Positions 38,901-50,800 of a DNA stretch of 64,000 bases are shown piece by piece (the stretch's first letter is position 1; each line of letters begins with the position of its first letter). The stretch lies in the NCBI GenBank assembly GCA_964252035.1, contig OZ176202.1; one strand, 5' to 3'. Under the pieces are notes generated by a model that saw only the letters and a program-made list of their open reading frames with translations, searched no databases and was not told where the DNA came from. This stretch comes from Podarcis erhardii. Lineage: Eukaryota. Position numbers and translations under genes: made by a program.

Positions 38901-39287
38901 AAATCAGTGAGACAAATGGTGGGACCTTTACAGACCAATCTTGAATTACATGGCCAGCTGTGTTCGCAGGGCCAGGAAGAAATACACTGCCTGCATACTG
39001 ATGGAACAATTACTGTATTCTAGTCACACATGCCAAGGAGGACAGGGGCAAACATACCACTCAGAAAATTCCAAAATGGCATAAAAACAGCATCCAGGGA
39101 AATGTTGTCACAGTGCTGCCAATGATGCCCACATGCTGACCACACAGGAAGGGAACCAATGAATTCATGATGGGCATGAATTCATGATACCCCCAGTACA
39201 CACCCCTGGAAAAAAAATGCTAAAAATGACACCATATGAGCCCTGGTGCCATGGCCAGCAACCATCACATTAAAAACTCCAGCAATA

Positions 39288-39560
39288 ATAACATATGGAC
39301 CCTGCTGGATCAGGCCAAAGGCCTGTCTGGTGCATCATTTGGTTCTTACATTGGCCAGCCAGATGCCTCTTGGAAACCCACAAGCAGGACTTGAGCGCAA
39401 CAGGAAGGGGTTCCTACTTGTGATTGCCAGCAACTGGTATTCAGATGCATGCTGTCTCCACCAGTGGACACAGAATAAAGCCATCATGGCTAGTAGCCAT
39501 TGATAACTTTATTCTTCATGGATTTATTTACTCTTTTAAAGCCATCTAAGTTTTTGGTCA
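39288..39560 (-). mobile_element. CR1 3'UTR fragment
   Basis: Reverse complement of the same tail as 53900-54130 (cctgctggatcaggccaaaggcc...gccatcatggctagtagccattgata). Confidence 0.6.
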
Positions 39561-41295
39561 TTACTACCTCTTGAAGGAATAAATTCCAATGTTTGCTTAT
39601 GCACTATGTGAAGAAGTACTTTATTTTGCCCTGAATCTTCTAACATTCAGCTTAATTGGTTAGTCCCAAATTCTTGCATTTTTATCTAGGCATAATTTTA
39701 TATGTCTTTGTCATGTCCCCTCCTGATTGCCTTCTGGTTGCCCTCCTGGTTGTCCCAAATATTGTAACCATTCTGATTTCTCCTTTCATTTCTCCTTTCT
39801 GCAATAATGCAGAACCTTACTAATGCCAATCTTCCTTATGCTCCACACAAGCACCATTTTGGAGCACAGTGTACAAGGGGCTGTGACTCACTGGGGGAAG
39901 AAAAGACTTTCCCAAGGCCACATCCATAGCAGCTGCACACACAGAATAGCAACAGCTCTCTTTTGCTTAGAGCAGTTGACAAACAGAAAGCAGAGGGAGG
40001 GTGACAGCATACTCCCACTGAACGTTTACATGCCCTGGCCCCCAAAAGGAATGTTAGGAGCAAAAGAGAGGGAGTTTCCTGGACTCACAGCAAACATGGC
40101 AGAGCAGGGGTTTTTTACTGCTTCTCCACAGTTGCACACAGGAATAAAAATATTGCAAGGCATCTGTAGCCCACCAGTCGCAAGAACCAGTGAACAATGC
40201 TAAGAAATAGGCTGGAGAAGGAGCCCTCATCTGGTTGAACATCTTATGCTTTACATAACAGGAGATTGTGCTTTAAATTCAGAGTGCAGCCCCACAGTAG
40301 GAAAAGTAGGGCAAGTGCACTCACACCTGCCTATATGAAGGGGCATATAAAATAATTTTATGCACAAATACAGTGATCACTCCGACTTTGGGTTTGAAAG
40401 CAAAGAGCTCATGCAGACAGTGTTAGACCTGGATAGAGAAGACCTGAATTCTTAAAGATGTAGGTGTGATTATGAGGAATTATTCATTCATTATTTTTTT
40501 TTGCCTCCAGCTGTAAAGAGTACAGGAGTTCTGGGTGAGTGAGAGGTGAAATGGGAACACAATCCACAGATGAAAAGCAGAGGATAGTAAATCAGCCTTC
40601 CAGCATTACAGATTTTCAGTAACTAAATCCTAGGAAAACAAAAGATACACAAGGTCTTCAAGTGACATTTTTGCATCAGACAACGTCGTTGTTGTTGCTG
40701 CTGCTGCTGTTTATGAATTTTGTTTGTCCCTCTTCATCTGAAGATCACAGGGCGGTTCACAACATATACAGACATTTTAAAATAACTCAAAATAAATGTT
40801 GTCAATAACAATCATTGAATTATGTAAAATATAGAAATCTATGTAAAATATAGTATATTTTGAAAACAAAGTAAACTGGCTTGATTCCTCTGGATCAATC
40901 ATGCAACTATGTTTGTGTGTCGGGATAAAAGAGGAGCTTCAGAGTCTTTTTCCTGATGTTTTTAATACGGGGTCATTGAAAATCCAAAAATTTTATAGCG
41001 CACTATAAAACAGCTCTTTATCTTTTCTCCCAACTCATTCTGTGGTGTCACACTTAACCAAACTAGGAAACTACAGATAACAGAAGTGTTTGCAGATTAG
41101 GCAACAGCCAATAAATAAGATCAATTTCCATGCCAGCCAGAATAAAGATTCCTTATCATTGTTTAAACCTTTTGCTCTTTGTGATGCCTGTGAATATTTT
41201 AACCCAAGGAAGTTAAGAGATTGTCTTTTCTGTTCGCTCTCTTTTAAACAAAAGTAAAACACGCATCTGTATTATCTTTTTATCAGGTGTTACGG

Positions 41296-41302
41296 TATAA
41301 AA
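41296..41302 (+). promoter_or_regulatory. TATA box of NEPN
   Basis: TATAAAA 76 nt upstream of the ATG at 41378; four WGATAR sites within 230 bp upstream. Confidence 0.55.
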
Positions 41303-41377
41303 TAACACATGGCACCTAAATTCATGCTGCGGCTCACATTTAAGCTGGTGCTGCTCGGGAAGGTGCTGTTTAGGAAA

Positions 41378-41566
41378 ATGCAGCTGTTTTGCCTTTTACT
41401 CCTCTTGTTTTATCTTTGCAGAGCTCAAACCCCCACATGCCCGCGGAAATGCCACTGTGACTTGGCAGGGAGAGTGCAGTGCTATAGAGTTGGAGAAGTG
41501 CCTAAAGAGATTGCTAAAACTACCAGGGGAATTTACATCAGCCATGGCAAGATCAAACACCTCCAG
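41378..41566 (+). CDS. NEPN: NEPN exon 1 CDS (63 aa)
   Basis: gaaaATGc start context; donor GTAGGA at 41567. Confidence 0.88.
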
Positions 41567-41770
41567 GTAGGATGGTTTATTCATCAGCTAACCTACATTT
41601 TCAAATTAGAGTGGCAAGGTGCAAAAGAGGACAGACATATGCAATCTTTGTATAGGATGCAGAATTTGGTACTGGATGTTTTATTGGGAGGGTGGGGTTA
41701 GAATTGCCTCTACAGATATTTCCTTTCCTATATGGCTGTTAGAATATTAGGAGCCCTCTTCTCCTATGTG

Positions 41771-41860
<90 letters not shown>

Positions 41861-44800
41861 CTTGTTCCATGTTTTAAACTGAAGCTTGTAGCCCAGGGCT
41901 ATGAACTCAGATCTAAGCCTATTATTATTAATAATATTAATATTATTATTATTACCTTAGTTCTGAGTGCACAGCCTTGGGCTACAAGGTTCAGTTTAAA
42001 ACATGGAACAAGAATATGCTCCCTTTTATTTTGTCTAAATAAAAACCACCACCCAGTGTTCTCTTCTGAATTTTAGAGAACACTTTCCCATGCTTGGTGT
42101 CAGGTGTGGGGAACCACTGGCCCCTCCAAATGTTGCTGAACTGTGACTCCCATCAACTCCAGCAAGGGCAAGGGATGATGGGAGTCGTAGTTCAGCAGCC
42201 TTACGAGGGCAAAAGGTTCTCCACATCTGTTCTATATTAAAACACACGGCATATTTTTATACTGTACTTCATAAAGATTCCAGTTTGACTTAACAACAGT
42301 TAAACACAACTTAATAAAATAATAATTAAAACAAGGTAAATAAAAGCACATAAATAAGCAGACTAAAAGACAAACAATAGCCAGACTATCCATCAGAGGT
42401 TGTTATCAGTAACCCACAAATGCTTGGGCAAATCAGGTGACCAAAACATAACGCATATGACTTGTAGCAGGTAAGTTCTAGCAGCGGAATAGTATTGTCA
42501 TATATTAAATATCATCCATAATATTCAAATATTTATGACGTTATACAGCTGTTTTCCATTACCATTGAGAGAAATAGATTTATTTCATTTGAACATGTAC
42601 AAAAAATAGCCTTTCCTCTGTACAAGTTCAATGCATGGGATTGGTAGTTCTGCAACAGTGTTGCCAAATGGCACAGCCTACTCCTGTCCCTTTAACAGTT
42701 TTAATAAGCAAATAAGCAGAAAAAGCGGCACATTCTAGGATCAAATAAGAAACCAGGACAACTTATTTAAATCAGAGACATCCCTGGAAAATAGGGATAC
42801 TAGGAGGGTCTGTATACACACAGAATATTAGCCACAATTGTGGGTGATCTTGGGTTTGCCACCCAATGCGCCCTTGATTGAAAACCATAACTGACCCCGT
42901 CTGACAAATGTTGCTCTAATATGTGTGGACAGATCTGTTTATTACAGCCAAAATTTACTTTTACCTCTTGTACATTAGACAGACCAATAAATGTTCTTAC
43001 ACAAATAGGTTTGTTTGCTCATTAGTACAAAGTGTAATCACAATTTCATGGGCAAGAAAAATAGTATTTGCATGTCATGACCAGAAAAGAAAAATGGAAG
43101 TTCTTATCAGGGTAATGGACTATTTTGTCAGCTACTAACCAGATAGCCAGTTGTAACACAAACCTGTAGAGCACCTTTGCACAAAGGGCTGTTTTGTTCT
43201 TTCTTCTTAAAACTTCTAAAAGAAGTGCCAAAATTTATGTCATGAGATGATGCTAGCATTTTCTTGTGTGCTCTACAAAAATAGAAACCATCTCTGAACT
43301 GATGTATGAAGATATTTCAAATAAAACACACAGTCAAGCCAAACTAAGTAATTTAAAAATCCATGGTTCTACAACTCACAACACTTCAATTCTAGAATCA
43401 GAACAGTGTTGCCATATATTGGATATCATCCTTTATATTATTTAAAAAATTCTTTTCAGTTCATTAATTACTGCTGAATCATGAAAAGATATATTTCTAA
43501 ATTCAACAGAAATATTGTTTTATAACTAACAAATGTTTTGTTTACTTTGAAATACTAATGTTTCTAAAGGCACATTCTAATTAAGACATGTATCCCAGAA
43601 GGAAACTCAGCAATTCTAATTTTCATAATATTCTAATCTTTACAATGCTAGCCTATGCACTGTAAATATTAGAGCTCAGTGGGGTTTACTCCCAGGTAAA
43701 TCTGAATAGTATAGTGTTTGTTCCATGCCAAGCCTCTAGAGGGCTCCAACTTGCCATGAAACATGGACAAAATCTAGTTTGGCTAAAATTAAATCATGCT
43801 CACGTACAGTATAATATTGTTCTTGCATAACTCCCATTTATTTGAATGATGATTTGTGGTCATTCCATGAAACTAAATCCATCTCTGAATTAGTTTGGCC
43901 AGAAATAATTTTGTTGTGGCTTTTGTACTTTAGATCACTGACATCAGCAGCATGTCTGCCCTTGAAGAATTTGTCCTGACCTGGAGTGGGACAGAATCAG
44001 TGGAGAATAACACTTTCAAAGCTCTGGATGCATTGAGGACCTTGGAACTTCGGAAAAATAAACTAAGGCACATACCTACCTTGCTTCCAGGAAGCCTTGA
44101 AGTACTGAAGCTGGGGGACAATTTAATAAGTGTTGTACATGAATCTAATTTTGAAGGTTTACAAAAATTAAGGGTACTTGAAATACAAAGCAATGTAATT
44201 TTGGCTCTTTCTTTTAGTACTCTCTCCTCCCTCAGCAGTTTACAAAGTTTGACTTTGGATGGAAATAATATGGAATATGTGTCTGGAACCTTCTACCTAC
44301 CCAACCTAAAGTATCTTAGCATGGAAAACAATAAGCTGCAATCTTTCTCAGGAGGATTTTTTATATCTCTTTGCAATTTGCTATTTCTCAACTTAAATGG
44401 CAATTTACTGACAAGCACCCCTTCAGATCTGCCTGCATCTTTATTGACATTGAAGTTAGAGAGAAACCAGCTCAAAATGCTAAAATTTGGAGATATGAGG
44501 CAAATGGCAAACTTGTCAGAGCTTTTCCTGTCTGAAAATCAGCTTTCATCACTTGAGGGTGCGGAGTTTCTTTTCAGTTTAACTAGACTGGAGCTGTCTG
44601 GGAATAAGCTCCAGATAATCCCATCCAGATTACCAGTCACGCTACAGAAATTTGATTGCAGCAATAACCTGATTGAGAGAATAAAGGCTCAAGATTTCAA
44701 GGAACTACACAGCCTAAAGCACTTGTTCCTTGACAACAATGTTGTTGCCACATTTGAAGATGGGGCACTTCAGAACTGCACGCAACTGTCTAATCTGGCA

Positions 44801-45946
44801 CTTGAACAAAATCTACTTAGTTCTATTCCATTAAGGTATGTGACTGGATTGGGCTCCCCTTTTCACACCTGCAACAACTGTAAGAAAACTAGGTGTGCCA
44901 CTGCAAAATACTTAAATAACAGGGATAAATTAAAGCCAGTGTGGCATAATGATAGAGTCAGCTGAGAACTGTGGAAACACCAGTTCAAATCCCCACTCGG
45001 CCATGAAATTCACTGGAGAACTCTAGGCAACTCACTGTTTCTCAGCTTAACCTACCTCACAGGCCTGTTGCCAGGATAAAATGGGGAGGCGTGACTGTGC
45101 ATGCTGCCTTGAGCTGAATAGCGAAATGGTGGGATATCAATCTAAGAAATAATGAATAGAGATTGATATTGCTTCAGAACAGATCAGTGTGCAAACAGCA
45201 TACATGCCACTTATTTCAGTGCGGTGGCCAGATTTTTGAGTCCAGAATCTGATTTCTAAACACAGGCGCCAGGACTCATGCCTCCCAGGAAACCAATTTA
45301 GTCTAAACCACTGTGTTCCAAAGATGAGTCCTTGCTCAAATTACTCCCTAGTCTGGTTTATGTGCAAGAAATTGGTTTCAAATCACTTTTCTACTATAAG
45401 GCTAACTGGGTGGCCTTCAGGCAAGGCATTATTTCTCATCCTAATGACAGGCTTCTTGCTTTAAGATACTACATAAAACAATGTTTCTTTCTTTACTTCA
45501 GACTCCCAAGTACACTAGCCAGACTGGATCTGAAAGGAAACAGCATACAAAGAATTAAGGAGCAGGAACTGCAGAATTTAAGGCACCTGCGGGTTTTAAA
45601 CCTACGGAACAACAATATATCCACCATAGATCACAGTCTCTGGAAATATTTACCTCGACTCAGATACCTTTATCTGGACAGCAACCCATGGAATTGCACT
45701 TGCGAATTCCTCAAAACCAGAAGGGTGCTCACAGCCAAAGGCATAGATGTTAAAGGAGGACAATGTAAAGCACCAGCAGAAAGCCAGGGTGAAAGCTGGA
45801 TGTCTTCAAGAAAGGTTCTGCATTTGTGTGCGCACAACAATCTGTATTCATTAGAAGAAGAAGAAATAGGAAAGAACACAAGCGTTGATAATCCCTCCAG
45901 TCTCAGAGTAAACATGGATGATTATTATGATTATGAAATATATTAA
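41378..45946 (+). CDS. NEPN: Nephrocan, small leucine-rich proteoglycan family; join(41378..41566,43934..44835,45502..45946), 511 aa
   Basis: Signal peptide MQLFCLLLLLFYLCRA, Cys cluster CX3CXCX7C, tandem LxxLxLxxN LRRs, NPWNCTC cap, acidic DDYYDYEIY tail; position between GOPC and NUS1; 189+902+445=1536 nt with no internal stop. Confidence 0.92.
41772..41860 (+). repeat. Compound microsatellite (CTG)14 CT (AAT)15
   Basis: Read directly; explains the poly-Ala/poly-Asn pseudo-ORF 41732..42076. Confidence 0.97.
41861..42012. repeat. Inverted repeat, 57-bp arms (52/57 identical) with AT-rich 38-bp spacer
   Basis: 41861-41917 versus the reverse complement of 41956-42012. Confidence 0.92.
42101..42229. 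mobile_element. Degraded hAT-type fold-back MITE
   Basis: TIR-like CAGGTGTGGGGAACC / GGTTCTCCACATCTG with internal ctcccatca/tgatgggag arms; no TSD retained. Confidence 0.6.
43934..44835 (+). CDS. NEPN: NEPN exon 2 (902 nt, LRR array)
   Basis: Acceptor ttttgtactttAG, donor GTATGT; contains ORF 43952... Confidence 0.95.
44958..45100 (+). mobile_element. CORE/MIR-like squamate SINE fragment
   Basis: agttcaaatccccactcggccatgaa...ctcagcttaacctacctcacagg...aggataaaatgggg; a similar decayed copy lies at ~18820-18920. Confidence 0.5.
45502..45946 (+). CDS. NEPN: NEPN exon 3 CDS (last LRRs, LRRCT, acidic tail, TAA)
   Basis: Acceptor tttctttctttacttcAG; phase 2; LPSTLARLDLKGN...DDYYDYEIY*. Confidence 0.93.
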
Positions 45947-46575
45947 ACAGAAGTCCCCAGTAAATTGCGAACTCGAGATTAATTCGGTCCTCCAGAGCAA
46001 TCTATCCCTGACATTTTTTCATTTTGACCTACAAAATTGTATGTAGTCAGCAGCTTCTAAACCTATTGAAATCATTAGCTGTACCCAGGATTGACCTGGT
46101 AAGGCTGGGCTGTTACATTCTTCCTGTTTCCAAATGTTTGGAATGGAAATGAGACAAATCTAGTGCTGCATTAATGTTGTTTAGACAACACTTCAGTGGG
46201 GCCCTAATGATGGTATTGGGGTGGCTATACACAAACCTGGTTTCAGTACTGTTTGCACATGCAAAAAGTTTGGGGTGAACCGACCTGTTTCGTTTCTGAT
46301 CAGTGCATGTACCATAGCTTCCTGCTAAAATCCTGTAACTTTTCATACAGCAAATGTCCAGGGTGTGTGTTCTGCTTTTGTTGTGTTGTAATTCAAGTGC
46401 CACTTCATAAAACACTAATGTTGGCTATCTATAGCAATTAATTGTATAAACAAGATATTTGTATTTGAGAGTGTGGGTAGGCAGGGTGGTAGTGTTTTGA
46501 AATCACAAAGTGCTTTGTTAGAATCCACTTCGTTGTGCATTAAATATGAGGTGTCATGGGAAAAACAAGAATGCG

Positions 46576-46606
46576 AATAAATGAAAATTAGTAGTGCACC
46601 AATAAA
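46576..46606 (+). terminator. Candidate NEPN poly(A) signals (AATAAA at 46576 and 46601)
   Basis: First canonical hexamers I found after the NEPN stop; U/GU-rich sequence follows. Confidence 0.4.
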
Positions 46607-46759
46607 ATCGACTAAACGTATGGTCGTTCCTCCAGTGCATCTTCGTTTGTTTGGTCACAGGAAAAGTATATATTCACGGATGATGAAACTGTTGCGTACG
46701 GTGGCCTCTTATGCAGAGTCAGTGACCGAAAATGAGCAAACTAAAGGAGTGAAAAAGGC

Positions 46760-47830
46760 AAAGTCAGGCAGCGCTCTCCAACCCAAGCACCGCGACTATC
46801 AGCAGCCGGCGCACACTCCCGCCGCTAGATGTCGCTGTGCATGAGGAAAACACGTGCTGAATCCGAGGGCCGCCGCCGTAGGTGGCGGAGAACTCGCCTT
46901 CCCGTTCATCTTGGAATTCAGCTCGGAGACGCCGCCCTTTCCTTTAGGGGGCCACGTCATTCGCTCCACCAACCCGGAAATGGCCCTCGGCGGCATCGCC
47001 TCGGCCAATGGGCGGCTCGTGCGTAGGCAAGAGGGGAAAGGTCAGGGCAGGTATGGAGATGGCGGCGCTAACGGAGGTTGCCGGGCAGATAAAACCGTGT
47101 CCGTGAGGGAAAGGAAGGCGAGATGGTTTGCGCCTCGCACTGCGGCTGAGCCTCCCTCGCGACAGCAGCCGCCGCCGCCGCCTCTCCTTTTCCCGCGTCC
47201 GGTTCCCTCGCGCTGTCCTCCGCCCAGACCAATGAGCGTCGCGCACGAGCTGCTGTGGCGCCTGCTGCACCTCCTCCTCCACGTCCAGCGCGCGCTCTTC
47301 GCCTGGTTCCGAGGCTGGTTCGGAGGTCGCGGCTCGTGGCTCAGCCGGTGGCGGCGGCGCGCGGCTTCGGCCGCGGCCGCCGTCGCCTCGCGGGCTCTCC
47401 TGGCCCCGGCGGCGGTGGGCACGGGGGCTTTCGCCTACCACAGGCCGGCGGCGGCAGGGCGGAAGGTGGTCGGAGGAGGCGGCGGCGGCCGGTGGCGCAA
47501 GGACGGGAAGTCTCTGCAGAAGCTGCCGGGCCACGTCGGGCTGGTGGTGGTCGAGGAGGAGCAGAGCTACGCGGACATGGCCAGCCTGGTGGTGTGGTGC
47601 ATGGCGGTGGGCATCTCCTATGTCACCGTCTACGACCAAGAAGGTGAGTTGCCCTCGGAGCGCCCTTCGGCCACCCGCCTTGTCCGCTTGTCCTTTCCCT
47701 AAACCCCTTTCGATTTTCTTCTCCCATCCCATGCGGAGGACGTGACCTTGCCCTTGCTCGGTTCAGAAACGTTTGCTCTAAGTTAACAGTTTACTATAAA
47801 TAAAGGCAACCCGCGCATACCGGGAGGCAA
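46760..47830. promoter_or_regulatory. CpG island / NUS1 promoter and exon 1
   Basis: CpG-dense; E-box CACGTG 46851, CCACGTCA 46952, ETS CCGGAAAT 46974, CCAAT 47005, YY1-like AGATGGCGGC 47057. Confidence 0.88.
47232..47643 (+). CDS. NUS1: NUS1 exon 1 CDS (412 nt)
   Basis: [16 protein letters not shown]...YDQEG; donor GTGAGT at 47644. Confidence 0.92.
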
Positions 47831-50800
47831 CTTCCACGGAAGTCGCATGTGCCTCCTCTGAGAACACAAGTGTAGGGTGTGTTGGTGGCATCTGAAAGGG
47901 GTGACAGATGGGCAATGGGGTGGGGGTTAAGGATACAAAGACCTCTGTTGAACGGGGTTTATTGCCAGGTAACTGCACACAATTGCACCTTTGTTGCTGC
48001 AAAGGATTTGAGGAATGCCCCTTGCTTCGTCAGATGTGCCGCCATAACAGTTAAAGTGCCACAAACAAGGCAGCTCAGAGTAGACCCGCTGAAATGAATG
48101 AAGGTGAGTTTGTCTTGATAAATTTTCAGTCCAAGGATTTCAATGACTCTGTGTATTAGTCAAATGCAACGCCCTGTTTCTGGTTGCCAGGACGTTGTCT
48201 CTCCCCTTCATTGCAATCCTGTGCACATTTACTCTTGTGTTCAGTATGCTTGGGAGTAAACCTCTTATAAACACAGTGGCATGTTGTTTTGAATATACAT
48301 GCATAAGCTCGGGCTGTTGATCCCTTACCTGGACTGCATCTCTGCCTGAGGTTGAACAATCCCTTGCTCCTCTACTATAGGTCCAAATTTGGAGCTGTGG
48401 AAGAGGTAGGTGATTCCCAGGAATTGTGTAAGGCATCAGAGGACCTCAGAAGCCCAGTGTAATTGCTGGAATCATACCACCACTGTTTCTAATTCTAGGT
48501 TTGGGGCTGGGAAAGGGGGAGCAAGGGCTAGGTAGCTGCATCAACACCCTTGCTACCCAAACAAGTCCCAGACTTTCTCTGTAGAGCAAAAGGCTGGGGC
48601 TTATTTTTGCAGTGGGTGGAAGTGTAGCTCAAAGTGCCACCACTTTTCAATTTTCAAGGCTGGGACTTGACTGGATGGAGGAGATACACAGAGTGCCACA
48701 GCTGTCAACCACCTGTCTCCAGCCTTTTCCAGATGCAGCTGGAGGGAAAGGCTGAGGCTCATTTTGCAGTGGTGAATAGACACTTCTTGGACCATCCACT
48801 GTGCAAACAGCCAGCTCCGAATGTGGAGCTGGAGAGGTGGGTGACAATCTTCCCCATATCCCAACACAAGAGAGGGATGTCTTTGCTCCTCTCAACTTAA
48901 CCAGGAAGGAAGCAGGTGGGTTTCTGCTTCTCACTCTTGCTAGAGAGCAATGTATCTGCAAGGGGGCAGAATTGTTAAAGGATGATCAATGTACATGAAA
49001 GTTTTTTAACATTAAACAATAAAATTCAAACTAATTTATACGAAAATACAAAACACAACTGTACAGAGAAAGAATAACTAAAAGACCCTTTATCACATTT
49101 ATATTGTGCATATCTTATCATTTATCCACACATAGAAAGGCAGACTCCCGCAGCGGTTCTCAACCTATGGGTCCCCAGATGTTGTTGGACTACAACTCCC
49201 ATCATCCCTGAGCTCTGGCCTTGCTAGCTAGGGGTGATGGGAGTTGTAGTTCAACAACATCTGGGGACCCACAGGTTGAGAAAGTCTGCCCCAAGAGCTC
49301 ACCTGGGTACATGTATCAAAGTCATTTAATTGAAAACCAGTGCTGCTTTCTTACCCCTCCCTATTTCCTGTCTAACAAAATGATAGAAGGTATTCCTCTC
49401 TATCTGAACCCCATCTCTGACCAATAAGGAACAGTACAAATCAGTTCTATTTTCTGACCAGATCCTATCATGCAAACTGTGTTTGTGATGTAGTTAGGTT
49501 GCAGGGAAATGGGAAATAGTGGTGGTAGTTTAAGGTTTCAACCAAGAGCATTAGTCTGTAGCCTCAAAAGAGAGAAATATTTGATGCTGTATTATATTTT
49601 GAACTTTAGAAGACATTTTTTCTGCCTTGAAGAATCAAGCCCGAAGCAGCAGCAAATGATGCAACTATGTGTAGGTTTAATTTAATTTCTTAATAGGTAC
49701 AAGCATGTTATTTAAATTTCATATGACTACTTAGTCTCAGATTCACATGCTGATGGTTGTCATACTTTGAAGTGAATCACTTAAGCTTTTTTCCATCTTG
49801 CATACATTAAAAGCAGCAACATAAGCACAATTGATTTTATGATACTACACAGGGGCATATGTATTCAGATATTTAGCTGCATTCAAAAAGTTTTTTTAAA
49901 AAATCAAGCTTTCAACAAACTGTAGTTGAAACTGGTTTTGGAAACAGACCAATTAAGAATAAAAAGTCACAATTCAATTCCATACATCCGTATTCTGTTT
50001 ATAACTAATATTTCATATGACAAACAATACTATGCAGCAGGCACGTTTTCTCTTTTTGGAATATTTGGAATAGGAATTCTATCTAGTACCCATGGGGTAG
50101 GAAATCTTTTAGAGGTCAAGTTCTGAAACTGTCAGCATTTAGGCCTCTTTTGTAAGCTTAGAAGATAGTTTTTGGCTGCTGCTGCTGCTGCTGCAATGGT
50201 GGTGATGGGTTATAATAATCTCCCCCAATCTCATACTCATCAAATGTTTGGGACCCATGGACAATGGTTAGGGACGTTGGGTGTTATAATCTAAAACATC
50301 AGGAGGGAATCCAGCTGGAGAAGGCTGGGACATAGCATTGATTCATGGATATCTGTTGCTAGAATTCTAAAGTCATCTTTAGTCATAGTACGCTTGAAAA
50401 AGCAAACAACTCTTGTGTTACATTGAACCTTTATTTTGAGAATAACTATATAAAATGTGTAATCATGTTAGCAGGCTATAGGGTAGGAGAGATTGGAACG
50501 GTTCACTTTGTCAGCTGACATTGCCTCCAACGGCATTGGAGAGGCCTTGTTTCATTCTTGTGAAAGCTAAAAGCAGACTGCTTGGTGCAAGGGAACCAAA
50601 AGATCCTCTTTTACATAAATGGTGCTTCCACTGAGGCTGTGCTTCTGCCACTGCATCCAGATGCATTTGTCAAGTGCTTACTTCAATAATGTTCTTTTTT
50701 TACAAAGCACTGGGGAGAGGTGTTTTGATTTTTCTAATAAATCAGAAGTGAACTCTGTGTTTAAGATCTAAACTACAGAAAACTAAATAAATAGATTGAA

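Noticed and set aside
41309-41377. Upstream in-frame ATG extending the NEPN N-terminus by 23 aa
   Set aside because: It lies only 7 nt after the TATA box, so it is probably upstream of the TSS. The signal peptide begins cleanly at 41378.
41732-42076. Poly-Ala/poly-Asn ORF
   Set aside because: Translation of the (CTG)n(AAT)n microsatellite in an intron.
47005-47023. ERSE (CCAAT-N9-CCACG) in the NUS1 promoter
   Set aside because: CCAAT is present, but positions 47019-47023 read GTGCG, not CCACG.
46944-47732. 262-aa antisense ORF over NUS1 exon 1, and similar ORFs at 34729-35371
   Set aside because: Shadow ORFs expected in GC-rich CpG islands opposite real coding exons; low-complexity Arg/Pro/Gly content and no recognisable domain.
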